A DNA stretch of 64,000 nt from Octopus vulgaris (lineage: Eukaryota): contig OX597838.1 in NCBI GenBank assembly GCA_951406725.2, positions 372,001 to 436,000 on the forward strand, written 5' to 3'. A model generated the notes under the pieces. That model saw only the letters and a list, made by a program, of their open reading frames with translations. It did not search any database and was not told the DNA's origin. Below are positions 23,083 to 35,300 of this stretch, one piece after another. Position 1 is the stretch's first letter, and the number at the start of each line of letters is the position of its first letter. A program made the position numbers and the translations under genes.

Positions 23083-25992
23083 TTTAAAAAAATCAAAACT
23101 GCTTTGCTTTCAGATCAATTGGAAATGTTTCAAATTACAGTTCTTTTGGTTTTTAACAAAAACGTTGCCGGTTGGATTAAGAAGTAATCTTCTCCAAGTG
23201 AATTCCTTTGTAAAAAACAAAAAACACCTGATAAGATTAAAATTCAACATAAAACTATCATTATCAATGAGTTCATAAAAATATCAGAAAAATAGGGATG
23301 CATTAACTTTCTACAAATGTTTTTATCTGAAGAACACCAGATTTCATCCACATCATTACAAATTTTCATTATTTCTGGAGAATTACAGGAAATGGAAATT
23401 TGACATATGTCCAACCCATGGACAATGATTGTCAAAGAATCATGGCGAATTTTGTATAATAGAATCAAAAGTAGTCTCAGATGGGTTGGTTTGAAAATGG
23501 CTAACGATTAATTCGGATTAAAAAGAAAAAATAATGGAACAATGCATGGGAGAAAACTCTGAAGTCCAAATTGGAGACATTCAATGAAGAATAAGGGTGA
23601 TCTTATTTGACTTTTCATTGCAAAATCATTAAAACTAAAGACTTTTTTCTCATTGCTATGAATGGAATTTTAATTAAATATTTTTTAAAATGTTTGGTTC
23701 ACTTAATGTGAAGTTATTCTAAACTGTCTACAAAGTCTAATCAAACAATGGTGCTTTCAGCAAAATCTGTTCTTTAATAATCACAATGAACGCTTCACTG
23801 CTTCTCTCATCAACAATTTTATGAAATGATTTTTGTTAAATTTATTTCATGGCTTTTTAAGTCAATCATCATCATCATCATCATGTTAATGTCCGCTTTC
23901 CCATGCCACATGGGTCAGAGAGAGGCTTTTGAGGCAGTTTTTCTATGCTGAGATGCCCTTATCATTACTAACGCATAACTGTATCCAGTGAAGGTGTAAA
24001 CACATGGCATCCTCCTCATCATCACTCAATGTCTGTTTTCCATGCTGGCATGGGTTGAACTGTTTGACAGGAGGAGCTGACAAGCCAGAAGACTTTGCCA
24101 GGTTCCCTTGTTTCTTTTGGAAGGGTTTCTATAGATGGATGTAACCACTTTGCAGAGTGGACTGGGTGCTTTTTATGTATCACTGGCACCAACATCAGTG
24201 GGGTCACCAACTAACTGCAATACAAAGGCCCTCTTAAGAGGGAAGAGAAGTAGTATTGATGGAGTGGCTTTGTACCTGTTGGGAGATTAAAATAGGGATA
24301 AAGAATAAGTACCTTACTATAGAGGAGCAACATGGCCGCCCCAGTTGGAAAGGAAAGGAGAGAAAAGGGAGAAGAAGAGCAAGGAAGAAAGACAGGACAG
24401 GCAGAGACAGAAATATGGTGATGGAGATGTGTTGGGACATGCCCACAAGGTACAGTGGGGTGGGGGTGAATATAAGTGGGACAGAGATTTGGATAGGGTG
24501 AGTGAGCTGAGGCAGTAGAAGGGGCTGTCACATAAGTGTGAAGAGAGATGGTTAGAGATGGGGAAGAGGTGACTGAGCAGGTGATGGTTAGAAATATAGG
24601 AGTGGCTCTGGGCAGGGATGGTGGAGGAGGTTTGGTAGATATGTGAGGCGGACATAAAGAGAAAGTAGCAATGAGGTGTTATCAATTCTGTCCAATTAAT
24701 TAACAGGCCTGAAATTAAACTACTACTACTCTTTAGGGCCTATGAAAGGGATGTTCTGCTGGTATATCAGTGCAGAAGCCTGAAGAACCAAGGAGTGGCC
24801 CATAACTATCTGCTAGGCACCGCCCTAAAGAAGAAAAAAAGCAGCAGCTCAAAATTCCTTGAATTCTGAGAGGAGCCTCCTCCAACTCCATTCAGATGGT
24901 GGTGGACACCAAAAGCAATTTTATTTTAACTTACCAAATTTCTCTGAGATGCCCTGCTTCTGTTAAGCCAACATGGGTCGTTTGACCTGCCATGAATAGC
25001 AGTGATTACAATTAGCTATCTTTTAAAAAATGGATACATAGTGCATTTATAACTCTATAGTATCCCATGTTTAAAATTATGATTGGTTTTTCATGGTTGG
25101 AAAGTTTTTCTGCTCAATCAGGGCTGATCCAAAGTTAAGCAGGTTACTTCTCTCTTCTGCTGTATTATGGTCCTCTGAATTACCAACACCATTTAAACCC
25201 CACTGTTCTCCACCTGTCATCCAAAAACCTGTAGTAAATCTATTCCATTCTTCCCTGATACGAAAGGTAAATGTGTAATGTGATTTTTTTTTCTTGTTTT
25301 CACCCATTTTATTTCCAACTTATGGCTTTCCAGAACCTTTTAAACAATTATCACACATCACTTCATTAAAACTACATTATTCCAATATTCTTAACAGTAC
25401 CATCCAACTTAAAACTGTGAAAAAAAGGCAGAAAACTAGAAGATAAAGAAGGCGAATGTAAAGAACACGTATGCCCGGTGGTTAGGGATTAGGGTTTTTG
25501 TTAAGATGAAAATGGATGGTGTACATATAATCTTTATCTCTGCCGACAAAGACATACAATAGAAAGATGGGCAGACATGTCGAATACGCAACACTTTTGT
25601 CCCAAACACAAATGTCATTAAATTTTCTAAACAAACCAGTCATCCACCAAGCCATTCCGTCTCCAAAGTTTCCAACAGGGAACACCTGTTTCACCCCGAT
25701 GCGATGTGTAACTGAAGGAGTGGGCATGCCACTGTTTTGTTTATTTACTGCTTATCCTATTTTTCTCCCGTTTTCTTAATGTTTACCTTCGTAATTTGGG
25801 TGATACAAACAATAACAGGGAATGTATAAAAATAACCTTGGTTACCCTAAATGATGGAAACGAATAAGTAAATGCTTAACCCACTAATGCATTGTTAAGT
25901 AGACAACCTATTGAGCTTGTTTTTGGTATAGTCTGCCTCTAAACTAGAGCTCGATGAGTGAGCAAGCGCTGCACACAAACCACGCACGTACG

Positions 25993-26849
25993 GGATCTTT
26001 TCGGTTTGAACGGCAGTTATTTGACACCGCTAGAAAAAAAATCACATTTTCCATAGCGGTGTCGTATGAAATTGTCACCCATAATTAGAACCCTACTATC
26101 GATCTATTGCACTTCAATCTATTTTAGATTTAGGGTTAGGGGTGGGGGGAAGGGTATCTTTTTTCTTCACAAATATAAATAAACCCAATCTGTTTCTTAA
26201 AGGAGGGACATATTCATTATGCACAGAATGTTATTTGCCTAAATGGACGCCAGTGATTGGTTAAAATTGCCGAAATGCTCGAAATTAAAGACGAAATACG
26301 TTACAACATATAGAATTTTCTCAATAAAGCCAAGAGAAAATGATGTTTTATAAACACATTCTACTAGTAAACGAAGTTTAAAACTTTTTAGTTACCTAGA
26401 AATTATGTTACAAAGTGCCGTTCAAAAGGAAAAGATCCCATTTTTTTCTCTTGGCTTTCTTGAGAAAATTGTAATTTGTAAGTTTAACGTAGTTTAATTT
26501 TTCGAATTTTAACCAATCAATCGCCTCTATTGAGCTAAAATCATTTGCTCACTAACCCTAAATTTTAGCCTTTCGTTTTTTTTTTTTTAATTGTTAAATT
26601 GGATCTTTTCCTTTTGAACGGCACATGTCAACACAATTTCTAGATAACTAAACACTTTAAAACTTCGTATACTGGTAGAATGTGTCAAATAAAACATTTT
26701 TTTCTCTTGGCTTTCTTGAGAAAATTGTAATTTGTTTGTTTAACGTAGTTTAATTTGTATTTTGACACATTCTACCAGTTTACGAAGTTTAAAATTTTTT
26801 AGTTACCTAGAAATTATGTTAAAAACTGCCGTTCAAACCGAAAAGATCC
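25993..26849. mobile_element. Composite of MITE family A copies
   Basis: GGATCTTTTC/GAAAAGATCC ends at 25993, 26438, 26601 and 26849; internal TTAGATTTAGGGTTAGGG. Confidence 0.85.
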
Positions 26850-27699
26850 CAAGTGCGAAACAAGTAATAGTAATTTTTCCTGTGTCCATCTTTTTTGGAC
26901 GCTATGCATTAATGGGCTAAAAGTGGTGGTTATCATAAGGTTTGTTATTTAAGACTGTTGCTCTCGACACTATCGTTTAATTGAGTTATTAAATTCGGTG
27001 AAGATCTAATACCAGATTTGAGGAAACGGTAACACAAAGATTCGGTTGTTCAGGTGTCCTTTTTGGGGGAATTATCTGCAGGCATGTTTTGTCACCTGCA
27101 CAATAACTTAGTGGAACTACTACTATTTTATACTAAACATTATTAAACATATATTTGAATCGTTATTGTTTGTATCTATAGAAAATCTAATGACAGTGTC
27201 TTCAAAGAAACCCGAAATTAGATCTTCATGTTTGATTTCCACGTATTTTCGTTTCGGGTGATAACGGAGGTACGACTGTCAAGAATGACAGCTATTATCC
27301 AAAAAAAAGGAAAACATATTTACTTAAATGTTATTACTATAGGAAATATTTACTATGGATTTTTAAACTAATTTGTCAGTAAAACAACTTCCCTTGTGAG
27401 TAGAGCTGGTACTAAAGCAACAATCTTAGAAATAAAATAAATTTTCTATCAGTTAGTTGAATTTAACAAACACATAAACTTAAAGAAACATTTATAAAAA
27501 TACCTTAACGGTAAATGTTGTCTTCGGGGAAGCGTGTAGAACGTATTTTGATGCAAACACACGTGTTCAAAAGTGGCGCGTAATCTGTTAATCTCTAACC
27601 CGGTTGCATGGCCATCTATTTATACCGTTTCTATATTCAACAAGTTTATATTATTATTATGTTTTAAAAATATTTACTGGAGCAAATAGGACTTATTTC

Positions 27700-27800
27700 G
27701 GATCTTTTCGGCTTGAACGGTAGTTTTTAACATAATTTCTAGATAACTAAAATATGTTAAACTTCGTATGCTGGTAGAATGTGTTTCTAACCCTAACCCT
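27700..27800. mobile_element. Truncated MITE family A ending in CTAACCCTAACCCT
   Basis: Left TIR plus about 85 bp, then telomere-like hexamers. Confidence 0.75.
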
Positions 27801-28534
27801 TATTTCACAAAAGGAAAGGTTTTTAGAAAGCTTAATTTTTAAAATATTATCTTATGAATATAATGTAATAAAGCTGGCCATTGTCATAATAAGACATTCC
27901 TGGAAGTAATTGCGAAGCTGAAGCAACAGGTGTCCTTCCAAGTTTCATCAATAAGGCAGATCCCTAACGAAGTCAAAAACCTCCCTATCAGTAATCCGGC
28001 ACCCACCAACGCCTCAAAAAACATGGACTAAAAAATATAATTTACCGACAAACTACGATATTTCAGTGTTTCCTTTTCTTTTGCTCACGAACGGGGGGTG
28101 AAGAGGACTCGAAAAATTCACATCGTCAGACCTTGACCTTTAGACTCCAGTATTTGGCTGGGCCCGGCAAAGACACTTTATTTCGCATTGCTCCAGTTCA
28201 CTCAGCTGTAGAAATGAGCTGCGACGTCACTGGGGCGCATCGGCCCCATTGCCTTTATCTTGGATAACGCCGATAGAGAGGGGAGGTTGGCAAGCATGGG
28301 CGACTGCTGGTCTTCCATAAACAACCTTGCCCGGACTTGCGCCTCGGAGGGGAACTTTCTAGGGGCAATCCTATAGTCATTCATGACCTAAGAGGGTCGG
28401 GGTCCTGTTGTGTTAACATTTACTGTCGTATCAAATATATTAACATAGGGCAATCCATTGTTTTAACTCGAAGGCGTGTGCGCGCAACCCAGCTGTTACC
28501 TTACGGTAAATTCATTAAAAAAAGAAATTTATTG

Positions 28535-28927
28535 GGATCTTTTCGGTTTGAACGGCGATTTTTATAATAATTTCCACGTAACTAAACACTTTTAAACTTC
28601 GTATACTGGTAGAATGTGTTTATAAAGCATCTTTTTCTCTTGGCTTTATTGAGAAAATTATATAGTTTGTAAGATATTTGTTGTTTTTTTTTCTTCAATT
28701 TCTGCAATTTCAACCAATCAATGACGTTTATTGAGGTGAAAACATTCTGTGCCGTATGAATATGTCCCTCGTTTAAGAAACAGATTGGCTTTATTTACAT
28801 TTGTGAAGAAAAGAAGATAACCCTAAAACAGATTGAAATGCAATAGATCGATACTAGGGTCATAATTATGGGTGACAATTTCATATGATACCGCTAGAAA
28901 AAACTGCCGTTCAAACCGAAAAGATCC
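28535..28927. mobile_element. MITE family A full copy
   Basis: Both TIRs present; highly similar to 2923-3338. Confidence 0.9.
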
Positions 28928-29083
28928 CAGCTGTTACCTTACGGTAGATTCTGTAAAAAAAGAAATTTTATTGTACTTAAAGCAACTTTAAACATATTTT
29001 GGTCTTATTTCGATCTGATCAGTGAGGAAATGGTGTCCTCAGTGAAGGTATTTAACGTCGAAGACGAAGAGCAAACCACGGTC

Positions 29084-29151
29084 TGCGCATGCGCAAAACT
29101 ACATTTGAAACGCGTTTGAATGAAAACGAGGCTAGCTTTAAAAATGGCGGC
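29084..29151. promoter_or_regulatory. NSL1 (possibly bidirectional) promoter core: NRF1 palindrome, two CHR motifs, YY1-like motif
   Basis: TGCGCATGCGCA at 29084-29095; TTTGAA at 29104 and 29115; AAAATGGCGGC at 29141; locally CpG-rich in a CpG-poor window. Confidence 0.65.
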
Positions 29152-29347
29152 GGCAAGCGAAAATCGCGAAGAAAATATTTGTGAGGAGCCAAGAAACGGG
29201 GAATTGAAGCAGACCATTCCGTCCGATGCCGTCCAGTCTCTACAAGAAATTTGTGATGTATTGTGTGAAGAGGCAGCTAATGGCTTTAATAAACAATCGC
29301 GTCTTACACGGGATGAGAAACAAATCTGCCAAAAACGATTCTCGGAG
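29144..29347 (+). CDS. NSL1: NSL1 exon 1
   Basis: AAAATGGCGG start context; [10 protein letters not shown]...QICQKRFSE; GAG/gtaagt donor; an upstream in-frame ATG at 29120 is also possible. Confidence 0.85.
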
Positions 29348-32300
29348 GTAAGTTGGCCAGAAAACCGTCAAATGTTTCTTTCTCTTCATTTAGTGACAAC
29401 ACAGCCATACGTTTATACGTTTTATACATCTTATACATCTTATACGTTTATACATTTACTGACACACCACAAATACATTGCAGTCGCTGTTTTATATCGA
29501 GTGATGCCAATATTTCGTGTCTATGACAGTCTTTAAAAAGATATCGACCTTTTTGGGGGGTTTATAATTATTTACTTGATAATTACACAATAAGTTGCTA
29601 AAACTATTTAATAATGTTTTTACAACAAACTAAAGGCATTAAACAAAGCAAAAATGATCACCTGTCAGCAGGTACACAGTGATCATATGAGTTAGAGCTG
29701 TACGAGTTCGATCCTCGTTGGAGACTGTTTATAAAGTTTGAAATTAATAGGAAATGTCTCCGTTTTATTGTTATTGGGGAATCGTCCCTTGACTGAAGAC
29801 TGGTAAATGTATATCACCTGCCTGTAATGATGAATATTGAATTTCTTTTTTTACTGGAATTAGTATTTGGTTCGTTTTAAAGGGACCGGGGATTAAAACC
29901 TAATTCGTCCCCTTAGCATCATCTCTGTTCTCTCTTCCCTCTAATTTCGACAAACGTCATTACTCATTTCATTGCGACACAGTATTTACCAAACTGAGAT
30001 AAAAAAATTTCTATTTCTCGCCATCTAAGGATTTGTCTGTCAAATAATGAAGACAAAGTGATGTGAGGAAGAGAAGGAGGACGAGGAAGTTACAGTTGTT
30101 TTATTAATGTAAACAAACTTCGGTACGACTTGAGAACAGTGGTCCCGGTGCGCGCACTCCAGTACTCGCGCATCCGCGCTAGCTAGTCATGACTAGTCGG
30201 TCCTTACTTTGTGTTTTTGTGTGTAATTTACTTTGTTTAAAAAATTATTTATTTTGTGTTTTATTTACTTTGCTAGGTAGTCTTTGTAGGGTCGAGTAAT
30301 CACGACTAGCTAGCGCGGATGCGCAGCTACGTTAGTGCGCGCACCGGGACCACCGTTCTCAAGTAGTACCCAAACTTCTATTGATTCACCACGACCAGTT
30401 CTTATTTTAAATGCTTAATCATAAAAGTCGCAGTTAGTTGAATTGATGACCACTTGTAGGGGGCTAGATTGACCTGTTATATCACTGGTATTAAAATGGT
30501 AATATTGTTTCAGTGTAAAAAACTTGTAGAACGGTGATATCTTCGTCGCTTATTCGTTTTTCCTCTCAATAAAGAGGGTTACTGTAGAGGAAAATATAAT
30601 TGTGACAATTTGCTAAAGATACACCAACTTCGGCCTTCATTAATGACCTAACGATGATGAAATTGACCATCATCAACTCATTATCATCATTTAACATCCG
30701 TTGTCCATGCTGGCATAGGTTTGACCAGTGCTGGCAAGCTGCACCAGACTCCAGTCTGATTTGGCATGGGTTCTACGGCTGGGTGCCCTTCCTAACGCCA
30801 ACCGACAGTGTAATGGGTGCTTTTACGTGCCACCATTTGTGTGACATCCGTATCCGTCACAACTACTATTTTACTCCAAGAGTGTAGTGAGTGCCTTTTA
30901 CGTGCCACAAGCACTGTCCACAACTATGATTTCACATGGCCTGACAATCTTTTCTCCCACTTTTTTTTTTGTATAGGTTTAAGAGTTTTTCTCTGACACA
31001 ACATCTCACCATTTGTTCTAATGCTTTGTCATTTCGTTCGTAAAGTTCAATCTCCTGAGATCAGCCATCATTACCTCTTCCTATGTCCTTCTCTTCTACA
31101 AATTTCTTTCACTTGGACCTTTACCCAGGAGTCATCTTTCCTACACAATGTGTGTCCATACCAAGGTAACCTTCTCTCCTTGCCACTGCATCTGGCTCCT
31201 CATGTGATTTCTGCTCCGTTGTCCATCCACACTAACATTACACATTCAGCCGAATATGTTCAATGCTCATATTTCATTTCCATGTAACACAAGCTTCATA
31301 CAAGCTGCCCTTGATTTGGAGAGGAGTCACCCTTTGTTGCCAAAACCTCTTAAAACTATTGATGGAGCAACAATAGATCCCTGAACTTTCTCCACTCTAT
31401 TCTCTTTACAACAATGCTTTCTGAACACTTTCATTCACTGTTAATTTGATCACCTAGGTAATGGAAATAATAATGATTTGGTGAGTATTTGAAAGAATTT
31501 TTTATAGGTGTACTTAATGATAATTATGCGTGTGCATCTGCTGCAGGCAGAATTTTCTTCTGGCTGCCAGTGATTCCACTATTTCTTGTGCACTGTTCCT
31601 ATCAACTGTTTTTCGGTATATTGAATATGGCCACTCTCTTATAATTGTTGGGTTCTAGGTTTCACTAAAACTTTTGCCTTTGCTAAGTTCCCAACACCTT
31701 GTTGACAGAGAAGTTATGAAGGAGGAGTATTTGTTCTCTGAGCCAGTGGCCACCACAGCTCATGGAGAAGATATTTTCAAAATCTTAGAAGCCTTTCTCT
31801 TTGAACATGGGCTGAGCTGGGAAGCACTTGTTGGTCTGTGTACAGATGGAGCTCATATGATTGGTTGCAAATCCAACTTCAAAACCTTTGTGAAGAATGT
31901 TGCTCTGCATGTCTCCTACATTCATTGCATCAATCATCATTATGCTTTGGTATTTGAAAACTCTACCACCTGGACTTCAAGAAGTGCTTGCATATGTTGT
32001 GAAGATTGTGAACCATACCCAAGGGAGCACAACAGCATTAAGGATTTTGAAAGTGCTTTGTGAAGAAATGGGCACTGGCTTCTCTGTTCTCCTGTTTCAC
32101 ACAGAGGTCTGTTGGCTCTCATGTGGCAAGGTTCTGAATTAGGTGCTACAATTTCGAGAGGAAATCCTAATACTGTTGGAACACTGTTGTACTTTGAAAG
32201 TTCTTCTTCTTCATGAAAAGATACAAGATGACTATTTCATAACAAAGATTGCCTACCTGGTTAATTTGTGAATCCCCTGAACATTTCACTGCAAGGAAAC

Positions 32301-35300
32301 CTTGCCATGTTGCACTCAATTCATGACAAAGTGGCAGTGTTCAAGAGCAAGATTCAGCTTCAGCAGAAAAGAGTTCAGGACGATGACACCACTTTCTTCC
32401 TTTAGATGACAACCTCTGGGATTCTATGTTAGAAGCCGAATGCAGTTTCCATGACGATACCTCAGCTCATCATCTTCTGGCAGTGAATGACTCCCCAGGA
32501 TTGGATGTCTGCTATAGTGATGCACGGATCTGCAGACCCTTTTAAACAGTGAAGGACAGTGTCATTAGGGATACTGATGTAGCTGCAAAGGTATAATTTC
32601 TTCAAATTCCTGAGGCTACTCAGTTGAAAATTGATCTTTCTGATCAAGAGCTGACATTTTAGGCAAAACTGGAGGACGACTGCCCTGTTGTTTTGATGCA
32701 TGCACTGACCATGCTGAGCCAATCCAGCTCAACCTGTCACTGTCAGGTTGGATTCTCAGCAATGAAGGCAGGCAGTAGGCTCGTGATTGATGCCGACATG
32801 AAGTCTGTCCAGCACTGCTCCTTGCTTTGATGGACTTATGGCTGCAAAACAATATCAACCCTCCCACTGAGTGGATAAGTAGGTTGTGTATGATGTTCAG
32901 TAGTCCCATGTGGGTTTTTTAGCACATGTAGCATTTTTCAAGGTCTTTTATTTATAACAATTTCAATAGATTATGATCTTCATGTAGTTTTGTTTTATCT
33001 TACCTTTACACAAAGTTCACCATTAAAAAATTTATTATAAGTGTTTTGGTAATACCTTGGAGAGTCTCAAGGTAAGACAATGAAAAAGGTTAAGAACCAC
33101 TGTACTAGGCACTCTATCCCAATTTCTTTTATATTCCTCTTGATGCCTTCTGATACTGTCCCCAAGGACCCAATAATACTTGGCACTATCTCCACCTTCT
33201 TCATTTTCCATAGCCAGGCTATTTCGTACTTAAGAGGGTTGTATCTGTCTATCTTTTCACCTTCCTTTTTGAGTATTTGTGGCTCAAAGCGACACACAAC
33301 ATCAACTGTTTAGCACTTGATCTGTTTGGATTAGGAAATTTCACAGGATTCTGCTGCTCTCCAATTCCGTCACTCTTTGCAGTTTGGGTTCATTCCACGT
33401 CAGGATCCTCTGTCAGGATCCCACTTTCAACTCAGTTTCCAATTATTATTATTATTATTATTTCGCCGAGTTTGACTTTGCTTTCCATCCTTTTGGAGTT
33501 GATAAAATAAGGACCAGTTGAACAGTGGGGGTCACCCCACCCCCAAATGGCTGCTCTTGTGGCAAAATTTGAAGCCATTGTTGTTGTTGTTGTTGTTGTT
33601 ATTATTATTATTATTATTGTTATTATTATTATTATTACATACACACAGGTGTTTAAACAAATGTTCATGTCCAATGTACGTGTTGAACAACCAGACTTAC
33701 AGATCACAGAAGATGGAAACAAAGGTAAATTTCTTTTCACTATTATCTCTCATAGACTTTCCCTATCTTTGGCATCATCTCTTTAATGTCCTTTGTTGTG
33801 GCTGATGTGGAACACTATCTCTGTGTTTCAACGGACCTACACTAATACAGGAATTGTTCAGCAATTGTCCAAACATTCTATGTGGATCAAGAATTTCTTG
33901 GCATTTCTCGACCTGCTTCTTTCTATTCTTCTCTGTCATTCATGGCAATTTTAAATTCTTGGATTGTGCAGCAAATGTTTCCTAGCAACAGGTTGGTGTT
34001 TTTTTCTTTTCTTGGTTTAAGCCTTTCCAGTTATGGTTGCCACTGAACAACTTCAACTACAAGATCCTCTTTGTTAATCTAGTGTCCTATACATTGTGAT
34101 ACTCAAGGGTCAGCATATATAATGAAAAAGAGCATTAAAAATCTAATAAGAAATACATAATGAGTAAAAAAAATTTGATCATTAGTTTAATCATTTTGGT
34201 AAGTTCAGGAGACAATTTTGAATTGTGATTTTAATTATTTTAATATTTTTCATTTCCTCATCCCATTTTCTTTCTTGTTTATTCACGTTCGATTAGGTTG
34301 GATGGTCATCATGCCTCATATCACCTTATAGACACAAACCAAGAAGTCCAGCCAAGTGTGGTGGTGGTGGTGGTGGTCCTACTAATGTGTAGTGCAGAGT
34401 ATGTGAAGTCATTATCAGTTAAAGCAACAATAGTGTTGATGACAATCTCATAACGTTCCATTTGTTGATCCCAGTGGACAAGTAGAATTGTTAGGACAAG
34501 TAGAATTGTTAGGACAAGTAGAATTGTTAGGACAAGTAGACTTGTTGGGGCTGTTGGTGCCTTGTGTTGTTTGCTTGTAATCTCTTCTGGTTTTAAATTA
34601 AACTGAAGCTTACATCACCTTTCTGTGAGGAACTGATAAAGTTCCAGTCAAGTAGTAGAAGGAAGGCGGGGTTGATCTTGACTCTGCCCTTCTCCAAAAT
34701 TGAGACCTTGTGTCTAAGAAATCAATAACTGACATATCTTAATTATGACCTTAATTCAGAATTAACACCAGTTCACCACTACCATCCAAAGCATTAGCAC
34801 TTTATTGTCTTCTATTCTACTTCCTGTTTGCAGTAAGACACCCCTGAAATATAAAACATTCACAGCCTGTAAGGTTGAAGGATTTTTGCTAGAATATGTT
34901 CTTTTATCAAACTATTTATATGCCATGATGACCACCCTTTTTCAATTCCACTTCCAGATTCTAGTGACATGAACTTAGAAAAGAAGAAATCAACAAGTGA
35001 GGCATTAACAGTACAACTTGATGATGCAATCCTTAATATAGCCCAGAAACGAAAGGAGTTCCCTAAATTGTGTGTCAGGAACTTGAAAACCTATACAAAA
35101 CTAGAACTTGGTTATCTTGTAAGTATATTTCTCTGGTGATTTTATTTACTTTAAAAATAATAATAATAATTTTGAATGACAAAAAAGCTGGCAGAACTGT
35201 TGAAAGAGAAGAAGAAATACTTTGGGGGTATTTCTTATGTTTTTCCCTTTACATTCTGAACTCAAATCTTGCTATGGTCAACTTTTCCTTTCATTCTTTC

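Noticed and set aside
24935-25307. ORFs MGENKKKK... and MAGQTTHVG... as the POT1 N-terminus
   Set aside because: An in-frame stop precedes the ATG at 23082 and the phases do not join; at most 5'UTR exon or uORF
26123-26140. Interstitial telomere or chromosome fusion site
   Set aside because: Only 2-3 hexamers, internal to a MITE family
29348-29536. 3' part of the 138-aa ORF at 29120
   Set aside because: Read-through past a strong GAG/GTAAGT donor into intron
29660-29730. Possible tRNA (GAGTTCGATCC B-box)
   Set aside because: No cloverleaf can be built; likely a decayed SINE head
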